Of a DNA stretch of 64,000 nt, positions 59,580-64,000 are shown one piece after another (position 1 is the stretch's first letter; each line of letters starts with the position of its first letter). Below the pieces are notes generated by a model. That model was not told where the DNA came from, ran no database searches, and saw nothing but the letters and a program-made list of their open reading frames with translations. The position numbers were made by a program, and so were the translations under genes. Source of the DNA: Sphaerodactylus townsendi (lineage: Eukaryota); the NCBI RefSeq assembly GCF_021028975.2, contig NC_059428.1, positions 148,490,001-148,554,000 on the forward strand, in the 5' to 3' direction.

Positions 59580-62375
59580 CTAATCACAGGAGCCGTCCTT
59601 CCAGCCGTCTCGCCAGCGCTCGTCTACGAGGGAGCAGTCAAATTCGGGCTTCCCCAACTTCTTGTTCACTTCATTGTGAAGCCGGCAAAACCACTGGGTC
59701 AGGTTCCGCCTGCTGCTGGTGTCAGGGTGATTTCGCTGTATTCTGCACAAAGGAGAAAACCAAACAGAGTGAGGACGTTTACTTCCATGCAGGTTTCCCA
59801 CCTGTTGCATCCTTGGCTGCCTCCTTTGGGAAGCCGTGGGTGTTTGCAGCCAGGAGGGCTGGTCAGAATCTAGTTCAGAGGTCTGTAACCCAGACACATT
59901 CCTGGGATGTGTGTGAAAGCTTTGTCTTACTAGTGCCGACCAACTATGCAGCACGCACCACCAATTACAGCCATCTGGTCCCAGAAAGAAGATCAATGGT
60001 TTTTCCAAGTCAAACTGGAAACCAGAGAGCATGTGGGGCTCTAATATTTCTCTCTGTGCGCATTCCCATTCTCTGCACCCAAACCAGGCCTCAAAACCCA
60101 AAGTCCTGTCTCACTGGTGACCAAGAGTTATGGACAGCAGTGCCTTCCCCAAAGGAATTATATGAGTGCCTTTGTGTCTCCTTTTCTCATCCACGGTGTA
60201 GGTGAAAGAATTAACTTATGCTTAATGAGGCCCATCCCCATGTTGTTGTTGTTTAAAGGATAGGGCCAAGTGCTTTTTGTACTGTTGAAATTTTATTTTG
60301 CTTTCATTTCTTCTCAGCCTTTCTCCTCAATGGGGACCCAAAGCAACTAATGTCATTGTCCTGTACTCCTTTTTATCTTCACAACAATTCTGTGAGATAG
60401 ATTAGACTGAGAATGTGTGAACTTTGGCCCAAGGTGAACAGTGAGTTTCTATGATAGTAGTAATTTGAACCTGGCATCTCAGATCCTAGTGTCCAACACT
60501 AAAACCATGATGCTACAATTGGCCCATATTGCACTTAATACAGACACTTATAAAAGTGAGCATTACTTGTAGAAGAAAAGCATGTGAGCTGTTCAAGAAA
60601 AACAGAGTTCAGATACATTTTGTTGATTTTGTTTTGTTCCATGAAAGGATTTCCTCTGTTATATACCAAGTTATCATCTGGTGCAATTCTGCCCCCTAGC
60701 GAATTTGACAGGTAAAATGTCTGCATGACTAGCAGAGCTATAGGAAGAGGGAGAATGGCAGAAGTATTCAAAATAAAATATGTTTGCATAATGTGGAGTA
60801 GTGTTTGAATCCCAACTCTACCATGAAAACTTGCTGGGTGACCCTGAACTAGCTGCGCACATTCTCAGCCCCACCCACCTCACAGGGTTGTGGTGATTAT
60901 AAAATGGACGAGAGGAGAATGACGCAAACTGCTTTGGAGAAAGGCAGGGTACAAACGAAGTCAATTACACAATAGCTGGTTCCAGAATTTCAAGATCAGC
61001 AGTTATGCAGTATAAACAGTGTGCGCTCCAGAAAACCAAACCCACCTGTCTGTCGCATCTTCTGCACACTCCTGACAAGGGAAAACCTTAGCAAATAAGT
61101 GAATGAATTGCACCATTTCTTGCTGCTGGGTTTTACTAGGTCGGTCGGGGTAATATGCTGCCATCGTATGAAGAAATGCCCACGAGTTTCTCCCCAGTTC
61201 TTCTCTGTCTATAGGACAATCAAGGCGTGGCTCCTCTTCAGCTTCAGTTTTCTGGGTTGGAGAAACATTATGCATTATCTAGCAACTAGCTAATGAAACC
61301 ATGCAAACAGATAAACAGGTTATATCTCTGCAGCAAGTTCACAAACCGCTGTAGTCAAGATGGGATCACATGAGACCCTGCTCACTTTATTCTCCCCCAT
61401 TCAGGGCTGCCTTCATGCAAACATTTTCATGCAAACATCTTCACACAAACATTTATGCTATCTGAATATGCAGCACTTACGAGAGCCACAGCAAACCCTG
61501 ATGTCCTATCAGCGGACCAGTTGCCCTGGATTTAAGGCTGCTAGTATGTTTTGTGAGTCAGCAATTTTTGCTCATGGGGACACATAAGAGCCCCACCTGA
61601 TTCTAGGGCACCTTTAAAAAAAATTTCTCTGTGAGTGTGCGCGCGCGTGTGTGTGTGTGTGCATGCTAATATGCTACAAAGTTTCTCTGACCTCACTTTG
61701 AATGGGATCGGGTCAACGAAGATGTGGAAGACCCAAAATTCCTGCAGAGCTGCTGCCTGCCAGAGAAGACAAGATAAACTCTGGCAAACCAAAGCCCTGA
61801 TCTGCTGTAAAGGAAGTCTCGTCCCCAAGATCCCAATTGTCTTAGATAGGGAAGGAGGAGAGAGATGGAATTCTACGATGTGCAGACAAACTCCACTGAG
61901 TTGCAGAGGGCAGTTTGTGGACAAGTCCCAGGAGTCTAAAAATGTCATTGTTGCAATAGCCTCGGTGCTTCTAAGTATTGACTTAGCGAAGGTAGAGATG
62001 TTTGCTTCCTGTTATGATTTGCAACCACATATGTTTGGGGTCTGCAACCTACGGCTCTCCAGATGTTCATGGACTACAATTCCCATCAGCCCCTGCCAGC
62101 ATGGCCAAGTGGCAGTGGCTGATGGGAATTATAGTCCGTGAACATCTGGAGAGCCGCAGGTTGCAGACCCCTGGCAACTTTAACCCATCTCTAGCCCTCC
62201 CCCTCCTCACCGACGCCTTCTTCTGGTCGCGCATCCAGCTCTTGAAATCCGTGCAGGCCCGGCAAGGGGGCTTCTTCCTCTTGGGGGGCTCGCCCTCCGC
62301 CCCCTCCCCAGAATCAGGCAGCGGGAAGGGGAAAGCAGGAGCCGGCCGTGCGGGGCTCGCCCTGGGCGCCGCCAT
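59580..62375 (-). CDS. GFER: FAD-linked sulfhydryl oxidase ALR (Erv1 family), 3 exons, 177 aa
   Basis: Exons 62375-62211 (CRAC shuttle motif), 61251-61046 ([29 protein letters not shown]) and 59742-59580 ([31 protein letters not shown]). A weaker in-frame alternative acceptor exists at 61278. Confidence 0.96.
62037..62173. mobile_element. Palindromic hAT-type MITE in GFER intron 1
   Basis: GGGGTCTGCAACCT...AGGTTGCAGACCCC; same core family. Confidence 0.8.
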
Positions 62376-62480
62376 CTTGCCCGCGCGCACAGCATGCTGG
62401 GAGCCGCATGGTTCCGCCCGTGGGTTGCCACGGCAACGCCGGGCTGGATGGGCAGGAACGAGGGGGCTTCCTTTGCACCT
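62200..62480 (-). promoter_or_regulatory. GFER CpG-rich promoter with RFX X-box and YY1 motif
   Basis: GTTGCCACGGCAAC at 62424-62437 (X-box, one mismatch from GTTGCCATGGCAAC). CAAGATGGCGGC (YY1 consensus) overlaps the start codon at 62379..62368. Confidence 0.65.
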
Positions 62481-62535
62481 CAACCTGTTATTGCCACATG
62501 CACGTGCACGCAATATACGCACCCTCCCCTTTCTT

Positions 62536-62651
62536 GGGTCTGCAACCTGCGGCTTTTCCCGATGTTCATGGACTACAATTGGCCATGCTGGCAGGGGCTG
62601 ATGGGAATTGTAGTCCATGAACATATGGAGAGCCGCAGGTTGCAGACCCCT
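62536..62651. mobile_element. Palindromic hAT-type MITE upstream of GFER
   Basis: GGGTCTGCAACCTGCGGCT...AGCCGCAGGTTGCAGACCC; left arm has an internal deletion. Confidence 0.8.
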
Positions 62652-63212
62652 TCTAGTCCCAAAAGGCACCCCCAGAACTTGTATGTTTAACAGTGAACGT
62701 GAGGATCGAACAAGTTATGGGCTGGCTACACACACACAGTGAAGCAGTCACTTGCTATGCTCACACACACACACACACACACACGTGTGTAACAACTGCC
62801 AAACCTTCAGCTCCATCTAAATAAACCCTGCAAGTATATATGGATGCTGCTGAAGGTTTGTATGTATACACACACACACACACACACATATACATATGCC
62901 TTTCATATCTTTTCATGCCTTTCATTTGCATTGTTTTATTTGTATGTATGGTTTTACGTTAGGGTTATTGGTTCCATCTGCAAGTTTTAACTTATTGCGT
63001 ACCGCGCCCAGAGGGTGGGCGGTGTATATTAAATTTAAATAACAAATAAATAAATATCTCTGCCCTTTTGAGCACATTTTACTGAAGGTTAGCAAAAACT
63101 GTGTACGCCCAGTCCCCACACGCCTGCAATCTTCAAAATTTTCCCCATTATGTCCTATTGTGCCACATTGTTCAATCACCTGGCACAATAACAAAACCAG
63201 TAATTTATTCCC

Positions 63213-63760
63213 ACTTCAAACTTCAAAGCCTTTATTGGCATACTAAAACTAACAGCTAAAATCTATATAAAAATACATATAATATAGACACAAGAGAAAA
63301 AAAAGATTACAATTAGTACAGTGCCCATAAATACAGCGCTACTATTTCATTAGCTCTATCAGCTCTTGTTAAAAATTTTGCAATCGCTTTACAAAACATA
63401 AGATCACAATTATTCAGTAAAGATGGGATTGCCAATATATCAGCTGAATCCTCCTGAAACAACGGAATAATTGTGGCATTATTTTTCTTGAACTTTGACA
63501 AATCTGGGACAATGAAAGAAAATATGTTATAGTTTCCACTTGTCCCTGATTACAGGGGCAAATTCTCTCAGCCCTACCAATTTGCTGGATGGGAGTGTAA
63601 AGCTGTGGGCATTATATTAAATCTCGCTACTGCTAGTGCCCTCTGTTCGGGATTATACATGTTCACTAGATAATTGGCCATCTGTCCTTGTTCAAATGGG
63701 ATTAATAAATTTAGAAGTGAAATTATTCCCACTTACTAGTATGACTACTATGTAATTATA
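63213..63760 (-). mobile_element. 3' fragment of a non-LTR retrotransposon (clade uncertain)
   Basis: Minus strand encodes a degenerate zinc-knuckle-like ERICPCNQGQVETITYFFHCP and ends in CCAATAAAGGC(TTTGAAG)n. A similar tail lies at about 4490-4520. Confidence 0.55.
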
Positions 63761-64000
63761 AAATAACAAGCATAATTATTTTTTAAAATATTTATTGAAT
63801 GATAAATACATAAACATGAAGTAGCAATTATAAATATCTTGCTGTTTTTCTTATAAGATTACAATAACATCATTACAATCAAAATGTCTAAATATAGCAT
63901 TTTAAGAACTTCAAAAATTATATGTTGACATTTGGATTGAAGGTGGGTAACAAATAAAACTTGTAATGTAAGAGAGTGTGCAATATATGGAAAGATAAAG

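Overview
Vertebrate genomic DNA, most likely a squamate reptile and probably a gecko (inferred from the repeat families). It carries four spliced genes in the order of the human 16p13.3 block, read in reverse. NPW (-, 10294..9129) encodes the neuropeptide W precursor. ZNF598 (+, 18679..32067, 12 exons) is the ribosome-collision E3 ligase. SYNGR3 (-, 53713..39333, 4 exons, 229 aa) is synaptogyrin-3. GFER/ALR (-, 62375..59580, 3 exons, 177 aa) is an Erv1-type sulfhydryl oxidase. The rest is introns and intergenic DNA rich in tRNA-derived SINEs, hAT and Harbinger-type MITEs, CR1 and other LINE fragments, and Penelope-like fragments, with two N gaps. Main oddities: (1) ZNF598 exon 10 is 1 nt short, giving an in-frame TGA; an assembly indel is most likely, but the stop lies in a slippery T-TTC-TGA context. 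(2) NPW has Gly-Arg in place of the Arg-Arg site that releases NPW23. (3) ZNF598 has a GC-AG intron. (4) Hammerhead-ribozyme cores lie in Penelope-like fragments. (5) Palindromic MITEs carrying ZNF143/THAP11-type motifs cluster at two promoters. (6) SPIN-like and OC1-like hAT MITEs, families known for horizontal transfer, sit in SYNGR3 intron 1. (7) A CGG-repeat, poly-Arg upstream ORF precedes SYNGR3. (8) An apparent compensated micro-frameshift lies next to the GFER CXXC motif. All gene and repeat names are recognised from memory; no database search was run.
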